This document shows positions 35,924 through 45,647 of a stretch of DNA of 64,000 bases, piece after piece. Source of the DNA: Candidatus Doudnabacteria bacterium (GTDB lineage: Bacteria; Patescibacteriota; Doudnabacteria; UBA920); NCBI GenBank assembly GCA_016218585.1, contig JACRDK010000010.1:68974-132973 (forward strand), in the 5' to 3' direction. The first letter of the stretch is position 1, and the number at the start of each line of letters is the position of its first letter. The notes beneath the pieces are model-generated. The model had not been told where the DNA came from, made no database searches, and saw nothing but the letters and a program-made list of their open reading frames with translations. Position numbers and translations under genes: made by a program.

Positions 35924-36056
35924 AGAATCGCAGATACACGGATTAATTACAGATTACGCTGATAAATATGATACACTTAAATTATCTCATATAAGGTGAT
36001 TATAACAAAATTATCACTCTAGTCAATAGTTTGATAATAGAATTTTAAAAGTTTTT

Positions 36057-36560
36057 ATGTTTAAGCCAAAAATAAAAGCCCGACAGCCGGAAAGTTTTGA
36101 AAAGGCTTATGATTACGCGATGTATTTATTGAATCTGCAGCTTAGAACTTCGGGAGAGTTGGAGAGTAAAATGAAAGATAAAGGTTATCAGCAGGAAACT
36201 ATCCACAAAGTTTTGGTTGAATTAGCCGCCAATAAATATATAGACGACCAGCGCTACGCTGAAGTTTATTTGGAAAATTTAAAAAAATATAAAACTTTCG
36301 GCTTTTACGGAATTAAGAAAAAGCTGATGGAAAAAAGGCTGTCTAATTCTTTAATTGAAAAAGTTTTGGGCGGAGGTTTGGGCGTTGAAGAAGAAATGAA
36401 GATTGCAAAGAAATTTGCCTTGAAGCAAAAATCAAGAATTAAGAGTCAAGAAGCAGGCCGTACGCATCAAGAAATAAATATTGAGAAACAAAAGCTCGCC
36501 CAAAAACTTCGGGCGAGGGGGTTTAGGTCTGAAATAATTATGAAAGTTTGTGCTTATTAG
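36057..36560 (+). CDS. recX: regulatory protein RecX
   Basis: A..LL....RT..EL..K, YIDD.RYA, L..RGF. Confidence 0.88.
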   Translation: MFKPKIKARQPESFEKAYDYAMYLLNLQLRTSGELESKMKDKGYQQETIHKVLVELAANKYIDDQRYAEVYLENLKKYKTFGFYGIKKKLMEKRLSNSLIEKVLGGGLGVEEEMKIAKKFALKQKSRIKSQEAGRTHQEINIEKQKLAQKLRARGFRSEIIMKVCAY

Positions 36561-37110
36561 CATCCCAATAAGCGTATAAAGTTTTGGTTAATTCCGAAAA
36601 ATTTTTTTCTTTGAAAGCAGTTATTATTTCCTTTTCTGATGGCAGTTCATTGTTTTGAATTTTTTCTCTTAATAGTGCAGTAACATCGCGACGGCTTTGT
36701 CCCTGAGCAAGCCACATAAAAACCAGCTTCTCAGTTTCCAGTTTAATTTCTCCATTTGTTTGCTGTGTCTCTTCTTTAGGAGTTTTATTTGGGCTTTCTT
36801 CTCCGCCGGATCGTTTTTCAGTTTTTTGATTAGTTTGTATTGCTTTTGCAATGTTCAGCAGGTTTGCGTCTAAGAAGTGGACGTTCAAAAATTTTGCTAG
36901 GGCATTTGGAGAAAGAAGACCCTCTGCATTTCCTAATAAGTTATTTGTATCCGACCAAAGATTTTCCAGTTTGTATGACCCAGAAATAATTGCTTCTATG
37001 TTTTGGTGGATTAGCTGGCTAATAGTAGTCCTTCTTTTTTTAGAGATAATTTTTCGTTCCCAATCATCTCTAGCCATAAATTCTCCCACCTTATACTTGC
37101 CTTCAGTCAT
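36538..37110 (-). CDS. hypothetical protein
   Basis: 190 aa ORF directly downstream of htpX; no motif recognised. Confidence 0.6.
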   Translation of the reverse strand: MTEGKYKVGEFMARDDWERKIISKKRRTTISQLIHQNIEAIISGSYKLENLWSDTNNLLGNAEGLLSPNALAKFLNVHFLDANLLNIAKAIQTNQKTEKRSGGEESPNKTPKEETQQTNGEIKLETEKLVFMWLAQGQSRRDVTALLREKIQNNELPSEKEIITAFKEKNFSELTKTLYAYWDANKHKLS

Positions 37111-37119
37111 ATTTTTTCT

Positions 37120-38034
37120 TTATAAATTCATTTCTCTTAATCTTTTTACTCTGTCTTCAATTGGCGGGTGGGTGTTAAACAGCCCGGCGAGCCAAGGCTT
37201 TTTGCCGTTTTCATCGGCCTTAAGCGGGCTGACAATGTATAAATGCGCAGTGGCTTTATTGGCGGCTTCAAGCGGTTCGCGATCAGAAGAAATCTTTTCT
37301 AATGCCCGAGCCAAGCCTTCCGGGTAGCGGGTTAGCAGCGCGCCCGAAGCGTCGGCTAAATATTCGCGTTGGCGGGAAATGGCCAGCTTAATTAATGTTG
37401 CAATAATAGGAGAAAGAATAGCTAATATTATCCCGGCAATCATTAAAATGAGTTGGATTTGGCTGCCGCCCTCGCTGTTATTTGATTTCTTGCGGCCTCC
37501 CCAAAAGCCGGCGCGCAAAAACCAATCCGCTAAAAGCGTAATGGTGCCAACCAACACAACCACCAATGTCATAACGCGAATGTCGTAATTGCCAATATGG
37601 GAAAGTTCGTGGGCAATAACCCCTTCCAGTTCCGGTTTTTCCAGTTTGGCTAAAATTCCGGTGGTCACGCAAACTACCGCGTGTTTTGGGTCGCGGCCCG
37701 TGGCAAAAGCATTCGGGGCGGTGTCATCTATAATATAAATTTTTGGCGTTGGCAGCCCCGCGGCAATGCATAAGTTTTCTACTATATTATAGAGTTGGGG
37801 ATTGGCTGCTCTGTCTACTTCCTGGGCGCGGGAAAGCGCCAGAGTTATGGAATCGGAAAAGTAATAGGAGATGAAGCTAGAAAATACGGAAAAGCCTACG
37901 GCAAAAAATAGAATTGCCGGGTCGTCATAGACTCTCGCAAAAATAAATCCAAGCAAAGAAATAATGAGCAAAAAGCTGAATATTAAAATCCAGCTTTCGC
38001 GTTTGTTCTTGTTAATTAGATCGTAGGTTAACAT
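37120..38034 (-). CDS. htpX: M48 zinc metalloprotease HtpX
   Basis: PNAFATG, AHELSH, SRQREYLAD, THPP. Confidence 0.96.
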   Translation of the reverse strand: MLTYDLINKNKRESWILIFSFLLIISLLGFIFARVYDDPAILFFAVGFSVFSSFISYYFSDSITLALSRAQEVDRAANPQLYNIVENLCIAAGLPTPKIYIIDDTAPNAFATGRDPKHAVVCVTTGILAKLEKPELEGVIAHELSHIGNYDIRVMTLVVVLVGTITLLADWFLRAGFWGGRKKSNNSEGGSQIQLILMIAGIILAILSPIIATLIKLAISRQREYLADASGALLTRYPEGLARALEKISSDREPLEAANKATAHLYIVSPLKADENGKKPWLAGLFNTHPPIEDRVKRLREMNL

Positions 38035-38115
38035 AAAAATTATAAAGTTTTCAAGTTCATAAAGTTTATCAAGTGCACCGACTTGATAGCTTGATGAACT
38101 TTGTAACTTGATGGA

Positions 38116-38661
38116 CTAAAATTTTACGTTTACCGGCTGGCCTTCTGGGCCTTTTTCGTCGATGTCAAAAAATTCACGTTTGCCAAAACCAAACATCCCT
38201 GCAAAAAGGTTGGTGGGGAATTGCTGAATTTTGGTATTGTAGTCGCGGACATTGCCGTTGTAAAAACGTCTGGCTGCCTGGATTTTGTCTTCCGTGTCGG
38301 TAAGGTCGGCCTGCAGCTTCATAAAATTTTGGTTGGACTTTAAGTCCGGATAGGCTTCGCTCACGGCGAACAAGCTTTTTAACGCGCCGGAAAGCATATT
38401 TTCATCCTTTAATTTTTCCGCCATTGATCCGGCGCCCATAGCCATAGTGCGGGCTTTGGTTACATTTTCCAAAACAGAAGATTCCTGCTTGGCATAACCT
38501 TTAACGGTTTCAACCAAGTTGGGTATAAGGTCATACCTTCTTTTTAACTGAACTTCAATGTCGCTCCAGGCTTCGTCTACCTGGTTCTTGGAACGGACAA
38601 GCCCGTTAAACAAGATTACGGCAATTACGACTATTGCCAAAATTATCCATACAAATATCAT
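38116..38661 (-). CDS. lemA: LemA family protein
   Basis: AWSDIEVQLKRRYDLIPNLV, EAYPDLK, ARRFYN. Confidence 0.97.
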   Translation of the reverse strand: MIFVWIILAIVVIAVILFNGLVRSKNQVDEAWSDIEVQLKRRYDLIPNLVETVKGYAKQESSVLENVTKARTMAMGAGSMAEKLKDENMLSGALKSLFAVSEAYPDLKSNQNFMKLQADLTDTEDKIQAARRFYNGNVRDYNTKIQQFPTNLFAGMFGFGKREFFDIDEKGPEGQPVNVKF

Positions 38662-38762
38662 ATTTTTGATTTAGTTGCTTAATTTTTCTACGCCATAATT
38701 ATAGCACAAAAGGGGGGATTTGTGTGAGTTTAACTAGATTATCCACAAGTTGCCCGGCCCGC

Positions 38763-38824
38763 TTGACAGAGTTTTATTTACTGCTATACTTAGATATATC
38801 GCTATACTTAAGTATAGCAGTAAA
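38763..38824 (+). promoter_or_regulatory. promoter with overlapping palindromic operator
   Basis: TTGACA..TGcTATACT; perfect 18-bp palindrome GCTATACTTAAGTATAGC (38801-38818) plus a third half-site over the -10 box. Confidence 0.7.
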
Positions 38825-38848
38825 TTTTAAGAGAAATATAATAATTTT

Positions 38849-39172
38849 ATGCCGGTTTCTTGGGAGAATAAAAAAACAGACAGTCTTGTTAATGCGTTTT
38901 TGGCTTTGCGAAATAGCGCCGAAGCCAAGATTTTTTTGCGTGATTTAATGACGGTTTCGGAAATTAACGAATTTGGCAACCGCTGGCAAGCGGCGCAGAT
39001 GCTAAGCCAAAATGAATCTTATTCAACTATCCGCGGAAAAACCGGCTTGAGCCCCCGCACTATTGCCCGCATTTCCAAATGGCTCAAAAGCGGCATGAGC
39101 GGCTACAGCCTTATTATCAATCGTTTGCAGAAGCATCACACAAGCTCTTCTTCTAAGAAAGGGCTGGCTTGA
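38849..39172 (+). CDS. TrpR-like (YerC/YecD) repressor
   Basis: FL.DL.T.SE......RWQAA.ML....Y..I...TG.S..TI.R. Confidence 0.92.
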   Translation: MPVSWENKKTDSLVNAFLALRNSAEAKIFLRDLMTVSEINEFGNRWQAAQMLSQNESYSTIRGKTGLSPRTIARISKWLKSGMSGYSLIINRLQKHHTSSSSKKGLA

Positions 39173-39198
39173 TAATGCTTTAAGTAAAATTGTCACTC

Positions 39199-39227
39199 AA
39201 CCCCTTCTTGGAAGAGAAGGGGTTTTT
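39199..39227 (+). terminator. intrinsic terminator
   Basis: AACCCCTTCT-loop-AGAAGGGGTTTTT. Confidence 0.75.
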
Positions 39228-39245
39228 AATATTAATTATAAATTT

Positions 39246-40484
39246 ATGAGGAAAATTCAAATTGGAGTTATTGGCTCAATGGCTGATTTAAAATACCCAA
39301 AAAAAATTGAAAAAGTTGCTGAGAGGGTTGGTTTTTGGATTGCTAAAAATCAAGCAGTTTTAATATTCGGTGCCGAAAAGGACTCCGATTCCCTTTCTGG
39401 TGCTGCTTGTCGGGGGGCTAAAAAAGCAGGGGGTTTGGCAATTGGCGTTACTTACGGAAAAGGTTTAAAGATTTTTGAGCAGCAAGCGGATGTGGTGATT
39501 GCAAGTGGTTTAGAGAGAGGTGGGGGGCGAGAGTTTCCTTTGGTGCTGAGCTGTGATGTTGTTATAGCTATTAGCGGAGGGTCAGGAACTTTAAATGAAA
39601 TTTGTGTTGCTTATCAGGCGGGTATTCCGGTGGTAGCAATTAAAAATAGTGGCGGTTGGAGCGAAAAGTTAATTGGTACTTTTTTGGACAACAGAAAACG
39701 CGAAAAAATTTATGAAGCAACTAATTCTTTATCTGCTGTGAAAAAAGCGCTTGAATTAGCTAATGGAGCGGTAAATAAATTAGTTCTCCCAGTTTTTTTA
39801 ACTGGTGTACATGGAGATGAAAAAGTTGGGCAGAAAGTTTTAAATTCTTTGCAAAAAGAAGGTAAAAATTTCTCATGGCTTTTGGGAAATAAAAAGGCTT
39901 TTATTAAAAATCAGAGGTTTGTAGAAGGGGATTTAAATCGTTTGGCTCCTGGAAATATAAAAAGCAAAGTTTATGAAGAAAGGTTGGCGGCTCGACTTTT
40001 AAAAAAGTTGATTTTGTATGATTATGTAATTGATATTCACGAAACTGTTTCGGCAAGCGGAATTTTTACTATAGTTACAAATCCAACAAGGGAAAATTTG
40101 TTGCTCGCTGGTTGCCTACCAATACAAAATATTGTTATTTGGCAGTCTGGATTAAATAGTGGAACAGGTCCATTAATGAATTTTGTAAAGTGCGGAGTTG
40201 AAATAGAGTGTGGTCCTAAAGGCTTGAACCAAATGGAGATAAATTTAAAAAAGGTTATAGAAAAAATATTAGAAGATGGAATAAATTTTGAAAATTCTGG
40301 TTTTGGCAATAAACAGATATTCAAAGTATATGGGAAGTTACAAAATAACCAAGCTATTAAGCCCATCGATTTCAAACTTACAAAAATTTGTGGGGAAGAA
40401 TTTTATCCTTTATTAGTCGGACAGTACCCTAACATTATCTGTTATAAAATGAAAAAAATTAATAAAAATTTATGGAAGTTTTAA
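39246..40484 (+). CDS. fusion of LOG/SLOG (TIGR00725-like) domain and succinylglutamate desuccinylase/aspartoacylase-like M14 domain
   Basis: N: IGVIG, GA..AGG..IG, GG.GTLNE..AY; C: GVHGDE..G, DLNR, VIDIHE, IECG. Confidence 0.8.
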   Translation: MRKIQIGVIGSMADLKYPKKIEKVAERVGFWIAKNQAVLIFGAEKDSDSLSGAACRGAKKAGGLAIGVTYGKGLKIFEQQADVVIASGLERGGGREFPLVLSCDVVIAISGGSGTLNEICVAYQAGIPVVAIKNSGGWSEKLIGTFLDNRKREKIYEATNSLSAVKKALELANGAVNKLVLPVFLTGVHGDEKVGQKVLNSLQKEGKNFSWLLGNKKAFIKNQRFVEGDLNRLAPGNIKSKVYEERLAARLLKKLILYDYVIDIHETVSASGIFTIVTNPTRENLLLAGCLPIQNIVIWQSGLNSGTGPLMNFVKCGVEIECGPKGLNQMEINLKKVIEKILEDGINFENSGFGNKQIFKVYGKLQNNQAIKPIDFKLTKICGEEFYPLLVGQYPNIICYKMKKINKNLWKF

Positions 40485-40591
40485 AATCTAAAAAAATTTA
40501 TCATATGGCCAATCCTCGTGCGCGGGGATTGATTGTGTATTTTTTTAGCACGCTCAATCCCTTCGCAAGAAGGAAACTCTAAGGAGGTAAA

Positions 40592-41188
40592 ATGAATATT
40601 ACAATAGAAGAGTACGATTCTTCGGGCGCTTCGGCACATCTAATTGATGCAGCAATTACCGCTAGTTACCAGGCAGCCTTTAGTGGTTTTCCATGGAATA
40701 GCCAGGTAACCGCTGAAGAAGCAAAAATTCAATTTGAAAAGCATAAGCGGAAAAATGGTTTTAAATGTCTTTATGCCATGACCATTATTCCAACGGCTTC
40801 AAATAATATTTTTTCAGTTAGTGAGCATGAACTTCTTGGAGCTCTGTGGTGGGATTGCCCTACTGAAAACCAACTACTTGAAGAACGGGGAGAAAAGTTG
40901 GTCAAATTTGCTCGCCAAAAAGCAAACACCCTTTTAATCTGGGAAAGAGAAATCTTTGTTCGCCCCGAGTATCATGGTAATGGTATAGGCAAGATGCTGC
41001 GGAAGTCTTTTTTGGAAAAATTGCCAATCATTTATGGGTCATTCTTAGTTCTTACTCGAATGCGTGATGATAACATACCTGTTATCAAAATTGCTGAGGA
41101 ATTTGGGTATGAAAGAACTGGAATTAAAATTTCTTCTAGCAAGCCGGGGATAGATCATGAATATTGGTTTTACAAAGCGAAAGAATAG
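40592..41188 (+). CDS. GNAT family N-acetyltransferase
   Basis: IFVRPEYHGNGIGKML acetyl-CoA motif, N...I...E.FGY; TAAGGAGG RBS. Confidence 0.85.
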   Translation: MNITIEEYDSSGASAHLIDAAITASYQAAFSGFPWNSQVTAEEAKIQFEKHKRKNGFKCLYAMTIIPTASNNIFSVSEHELLGALWWDCPTENQLLEERGEKLVKFARQKANTLLIWEREIFVRPEYHGNGIGKMLRKSFLEKLPIIYGSFLVLTRMRDDNIPVIKIAEEFGYERTGIKISSSKPGIDHEYWFYKAKE

Positions 41189-41202
41189 GAGATGCTGGAA
41201 AC

Positions 41203-42069
41203 ATGAAGGATAAGCCGTTTGTACTTTCCGAAGATGTCGAGGTGTTAATGGGTGGTTGGTCTATGCAGCGGGGCTTTAAGCTTCCGCCACCCGCTTTCTA
41301 TGGCGATTTACTGAATGCTATGAATAAATTGCTGGAAAATTTTTTTGGCACTGTTGTTATTGCCGAGGAAAAAATTATAAGCGGGCAAATAAATTCATGG
41401 GTTCAATCTTGTGGTTTGCCAGCTATATCTATGGATGGGGTATATTTCAAGTCGCCTCTTACAATCCAAGTCACAAGGTCGGTTGATGCTAAGGGTAAAG
41501 ACGTTGGGTTGTTGCCTAGGTACGGAGCATTGCCGCTCCCAGAACAAGTTAGACAAATTAGCGAAAGTGGGATTAAAGAGGCCGTGCTGGTAGATGATGT
41601 GGTGTTTAGTGGCGAACAAGCCATCTTCATTATTCAAAAGCTTTTATCTGCCGGAGTGAGGGTAAGAAAAGTTTTGACTGGCGTATCAGTAGGCGCAGGC
41701 CAAAAAATGCTTGAAGAATTCAAAGTAGAAAATCTGGCTGTGTACCAAGTGCCTGAAGTCATTGATGAAGTTTGCCAGCGGGATTTTTTACCTGGCGTGC
41801 CGCGATCTGGGCGTACGGTAGTGAACGCTGGTAATATGGGCATGCCCTACATACTTCCCTTTGGCAACCCACATAAGTGGGCTTCGATTCCAATAGCTAG
41901 TCAGTATAAATTTTCTAAGGAATGCATAGCAATAACAATGACACTGTTTGAGGCTGTAGAAAAGGCTTCCGGAGGCAAAACTGTTTTATGCTCAGACTTG
42001 GGCCGTATGGTTTTTTCTTTGCCTCATGACAAAACTAGATTTGTTGATGCCTTGCGCAGATTATTGTAA
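41203..42069 (+). CDS. phosphoribosyltransferase-like protein
   Basis: AVLVDDVVFSG PRPP-binding loop; ATG 41203 after AGGAG. Confidence 0.7.
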   Translation: MKDKPFVLSEDVEVLMGGWSMQRGFKLPPPAFYGDLLNAMNKLLENFFGTVVIAEEKIISGQINSWVQSCGLPAISMDGVYFKSPLTIQVTRSVDAKGKDVGLLPRYGALPLPEQVRQISESGIKEAVLVDDVVFSGEQAIFIIQKLLSAGVRVRKVLTGVSVGAGQKMLEEFKVENLAVYQVPEVIDEVCQRDFLPGVPRSGRTVVNAGNMGMPYILPFGNPHKWASIPIASQYKFSKECIAITMTLFEAVEKASGGKTVLCSDLGRMVFSLPHDKTRFVDALRRLL

Positions 42070-42158
42070 TTCATCCGGCAGGATTAATATTCTGCCGGTT
42101 TTGTTTTAATTACTTTTTATGGTATAATTTATAAGTAAAAACAAATTTTCGAAACAAA

Positions 42159-44576
42159 ATGTCTTGGGTAGAAAAAATAAAAACCAGTGTTGATAAATAC
42201 ATTGATGACTTGGCTTTGCGCGAACTTCAGTATCGCGTAAAGTTGGTTTTGCGCGAACGGGCGGAACTGCAAACCTGGACAGATAGGGAAATAAAGCTTG
42301 CGGCCCTAGCCTTTAAGGATGATTTGAAAAAAGGTAAAAGCTTGGACACTTTGGTGGTTCAGGCCTTTGCTGTTGTAAACGAGGCCGCAAGGCGCGTTTT
42401 GGGTCAGTCCGCTTATGAAGTGCAAATTTTAGCAGGCATGGTTATTCATTCCGGCCGCGTGGCGGAAATGAATGCGGGAGAAGGAAAAACTTTAACCGAA
42501 ACTATGCCCGTGTATTTAAATGCGCTTACCGGAAAAGGCGTTCACATAATAACCACCAACGATTATTTAGCCGAACGCGACGCTAAATGGATGGGCAAGC
42601 TGTATGAATTTCTAGGTTTGAGCGTGGGATATGTAACATCTACAATGGAAAATGACGAACGGCGGAAGGCTTACGCTTGCGACATAACTTATGTCACAAA
42701 CCAAGAAATTGGTTTTGATTATTTGCGCGATAATTTAGTTTTTAGCAAAAAAGACAGAGTGTTGCGCGCGAACCACCCGTTATATTTTGGCATTGTGGAT
42801 GAAATTGACAGTATTTTGGTGGATGAATCGCGCACGCCGTTAATTATAGCGGAACCGGTTAAAGAGGAGCGCCAGGAATATGACAAGTTCGCTAAAATCG
42901 CGCAAAAATTAAAAGAGGAAGAGGACTATAAAGTAGATTACGCAAACAAACAGGTAAAAATGACAGATGCCGGTTTGGATAAAGCGGAGAAACTTTTAGG
43001 GAGCCCGGTTTTCTCGCGCGACAACCCAATGTATGTTTTTTATTTGGACGTAAGCTTAAAAGCCAAAGTTATTTTTGAAAAAGACCGGGATTATATTATT
43101 AGCGACGAAGGCGTGGAAATCGTGGACGAATTTACGGGACGCGTTTTGCCCGGGCGCAGGTTTACCGACGGCGTGCATCAGGCCATTGAAGCTAAAGAAA
43201 ATGTTAAAGTCAAAGATGCCGACCGCACCCAGGCAGCTATTACATTTCAGAATTTTTTTCCGATGTATGAAAAACTTTCCGGCATGAGCGGAACGGTTAT
43301 GCGCGCGCGTTCGGAATTTAATAAAGTTTATAAATTAGACGTAATTAAAATTCCTACTAACCGCCCGCTGGCGCGCATTGAACATAATGATTTGTTCTTT
43401 AAAACGGAAAAAGGCAAATTTTTGGGAATGATGAAACGGGTAATGCAAATTCACCGAAAAAACCAACCGCTGCTAATTGGCGCGCGCAATGTGGAAACAG
43501 CGCACAAGGTTGCCGGGCTGCTGGAAGAAGTAAATTTGCCGTTCCAATTGCTTACCGCCAAGGATCATAAGGCGGAAGCGGAAAAAATTGCCAAGGCCGG
43601 GCAGCCGGGAATGATTACAGTGGCGACCAATATGGCCGGGCGCGGTACCGACATTTTGCTCGGGCCCGGAGTTAAAGAGGCTGGCGGATTATTTGTTCTG
43701 GGAACAGAGCGCCATGAATCGCGCCGCATTGACGACCAGTTAGTCGGCCGCGCCGGCAGGCAGGGGGAGCCGGGCGAGTCGCTGTTTGTAATTTCTATGG
43801 AAGATGAAATTATGCAGCTATTCGGCAGTGAAAAAATTATTAATGTCATGGAGCAATATGACATTCCGGAAGACGAATATATTTCCGGGCAAACTTTAAG
43901 CGAGGCATTTAAAAAAGCTCAGGATTTTGTGGAGAGTAAAAATTTGGACAGCCGGTTGTATTTATACAAATACGATAACATTGCCAACCATCAGAGAAAA
44001 GTAATTTGCCAGTTGCGTGATTCGTTATTGGAAAATGAGCCAAATTTTTGGGAATTTGCCAAAACATCGGTGGCGGAAATTTTGCAGGACACGCTTAAAT
44101 TGGGCGACGCTTCCTTAATTGCCAAAGAAATGCTCGCGGTTTTTCATATTGCCGCGGATACTGAAGAGGTAATAAAGGCTTTTGGCGCCTCGCATACGGG
44201 ACAGGGGAGTTTTGCAAATGAATGGTTAAATCCATTTTATACAGAACCGCAAAACAGCAAGCAGGCGGAAGAACTTTTTTCAAAATTGTTAAAGTTTTTA
44301 ATCGACACAATGGAAAAAATTAAACAGGAAGAAGTAGTTTACGCCGCCAGCCAGAATTTAATTTTAGAAACAATCGACAATCAGTGGAGCAACCATTTGG
44401 AATTAATGGATTTGCTTAAGCAGGAAGCCAACCTTTTTTCTTACGCTTCGGAAGACCCGCTAATTGACTATATATTAGAGAGCGCCAAGCTGTTTGAAAA
44501 CATGCAAAAGCAAATAAAGAGGCAATTTTTGACGAATATTTTTTTGCATTTGCAGCAACAGGGCTTAATCGGGTAA
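42159..44576 (+). CDS. secA: SecA-family translocase ATPase (short, divergent; possibly a second paralog)
   Basis: EMNAGEGKT, NDYLA.RD, DEIDS, ATNMAGRGTD, HESRRID.QL.GRAGRQG; no C-terminal Zn motif. Confidence 0.88.
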   Translation: MSWVEKIKTSVDKYIDDLALRELQYRVKLVLRERAELQTWTDREIKLAALAFKDDLKKGKSLDTLVVQAFAVVNEAARRVLGQSAYEVQILAGMVIHSGRVAEMNAGEGKTLTETMPVYLNALTGKGVHIITTNDYLAERDAKWMGKLYEFLGLSVGYVTSTMENDERRKAYACDITYVTNQEIGFDYLRDNLVFSKKDRVLRANHPLYFGIVDEIDSILVDESRTPLIIAEPVKEERQEYDKFAKIAQKLKEEEDYKVDYANKQVKMTDAGLDKAEKLLGSPVFSRDNPMYVFYLDVSLKAKVIFEKDRDYIISDEGVEIVDEFTGRVLPGRRFTDGVHQAIEAKENVKVKDADRTQAAITFQNFFPMYEKLSGMSGTVMRARSEFNKVYKLDVIKIPTNRPLARIEHNDLFFKTEKGKFLGMMKRVMQIHRKNQPLLIGARNVETAHKVAGLLEEVNLPFQLLTAKDHKAEAEKIAKAGQPGMITVATNMAGRGTDILLGPGVKEAGGLFVLGTERHESRRIDDQLVGRAGRQGEPGESLFVISMEDEIMQLFGSEKIINVMEQYDIPEDEYISGQTLSEAFKKAQDFVESKNLDSRLYLYKYDNIANHQRKVICQLRDSLLENEPNFWEFAKTSVAEILQDTLKLGDASLIAKEMLAVFHIAADTEEVIKAFGASHTGQGSFANEWLNPFYTEPQNSKQAEELFSKLLKFLIDTMEKIKQEEVVYAASQNLILETIDNQWSNHLELMDLLKQEANLFSYASEDPLIDYILESAKLFENMQKQIKRQFLTNIFLHLQQQGLIG

Positions 44577-44588
44577 TTTTGTTTTTTT

Positions 44589-44655
44589 GTAGGGGCTGGC
44601 CTTGGCCGCCCAAAATCTCAGTAATTTAAAACGGGCGGCTGAAGCCGGCCCCTAC
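44589..44655. repeat. GTAG-type REP doublet (left)
   Basis: GTAGGGGCTGGC..GCCGCCC ... GGGCGGC..GCCGGCCCCTAC inverted pair. Confidence 0.85.
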
Positions 44656-44672
44656 AAAAGCAATTCTTTTGT

Positions 44673-45170
44673 ATGAGTGTTTTGCCGGAAAGAAAACTAA
44701 ATCGTTAAAAAAATTTTGACTACGCGTCAGCGGGATATTATTTTATTACCTTATGTACAAAAAATAAGAAGCATTATTTTGGCAAAATTGAGAATGGCTT
44801 ACCAGTCTTAAATAAAGTTGGAAAACTGGTTTGCGAAACATGGCTCACTTTACCGGAAATATTTTCAGGCATAGAATTAGACTTAAGTGTGGTTATGCCA
44901 AACCATTTTCATGGGGTTATAATTTTTAAACGAAACCCTCATTATGCAAAAGCCTGTAAGCAGGCAAGTCTCGGACAAATTATTGGAGCTTTGAAATCAA
45001 AGACAAATGTTTTGACAAGAAAAAATATTTTTCCTGACATGAAAAGTGTTGAATTATGGCAAAAAAGTTTCTATGACAGAGTTATAAGAAGCGAAGTTGA
45101 ATTGTTAAAAATTAGAGAGTATATTCAGAATAATCCATTAAAGTGGAGTTTGGATGAATATTATGTGTAG
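44673..45170 (+). pseudogene. REP-associated tyrosine transposase (RAYT, IS200-like HUH) with premature stop
   Basis: MSVLPERKLNR*KNFDY..GYYFITLCT...VVMPNHFHG...WQKSFYDRVIR...YI.NNP; TAA at 44706-44708. Confidence 0.9.
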
Positions 45171-45248
45171 GGGCGAGCTTTATCTGCCCGAAAATTAAAA
45201 GCCCAGTTAAATATAAATCAACCGCGGGCGCCTAAAGGCTGCCCCTAC
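45167..45248. repeat. GTAG-type REP doublet (right)
   Basis: GTAGGGGCGAGC...GCCC ... GGGCG...GCTGCCCCTAC. Confidence 0.85.
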
Positions 45249-45340
45249 AAACCATTAATAAAATCAGATGGTTACGAAACCAGCGAGCATTTACGCCCAA
45301 GTGTATTGCCATAAAGGCTTTTTTTTTATATAATAATCCC

Positions 45341-45622
45341 ATGTTAAGCCGTGAAGAAGTATTAAAATTAGCCAAAATGGCTCGCATTGCTTTAAGCGAT
45401 GCGGAAGTCGAAAAGTTCCAAAAGAATTTGGATGCTGTTTTAGGCTATGTGGATGACTTAAAACAGGTAGATACTTCCGGTTTGGAAGAGGTTTCCCAGG
45501 TTACTGGTTTAATAAACGTTCAGCGTGACGATAAGGTTGTAGTTGAAGAAAACCGGGAAGATATTTTTTCCCAAGCCCCGGAAATGAAAGACGGATATTT
45601 TAAAGTAAAAGCAATATTATAG
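45341..45622 (+). CDS. gatC: Asp/Glu-tRNA amidotransferase subunit C
   Basis: EV.KLA.MARI, L.QVDT, AP...DGYFKV; precedes gatA. Confidence 0.95.
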   Translation: MLSREEVLKLAKMARIALSDAEVEKFQKNLDAVLGYVDDLKQVDTSGLEEVSQVTGLINVQRDDKVVVEENREDIFSQAPEMKDGYFKVKAIL

Positions 45623-45647
45623 CGAGAAGAATTAAGAATCAAGAATC

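Noticed and set aside
44706-44708. Stop-codon reassignment
   Set aside because: TAA, TAG and TGA all terminate conserved genes normally in this window
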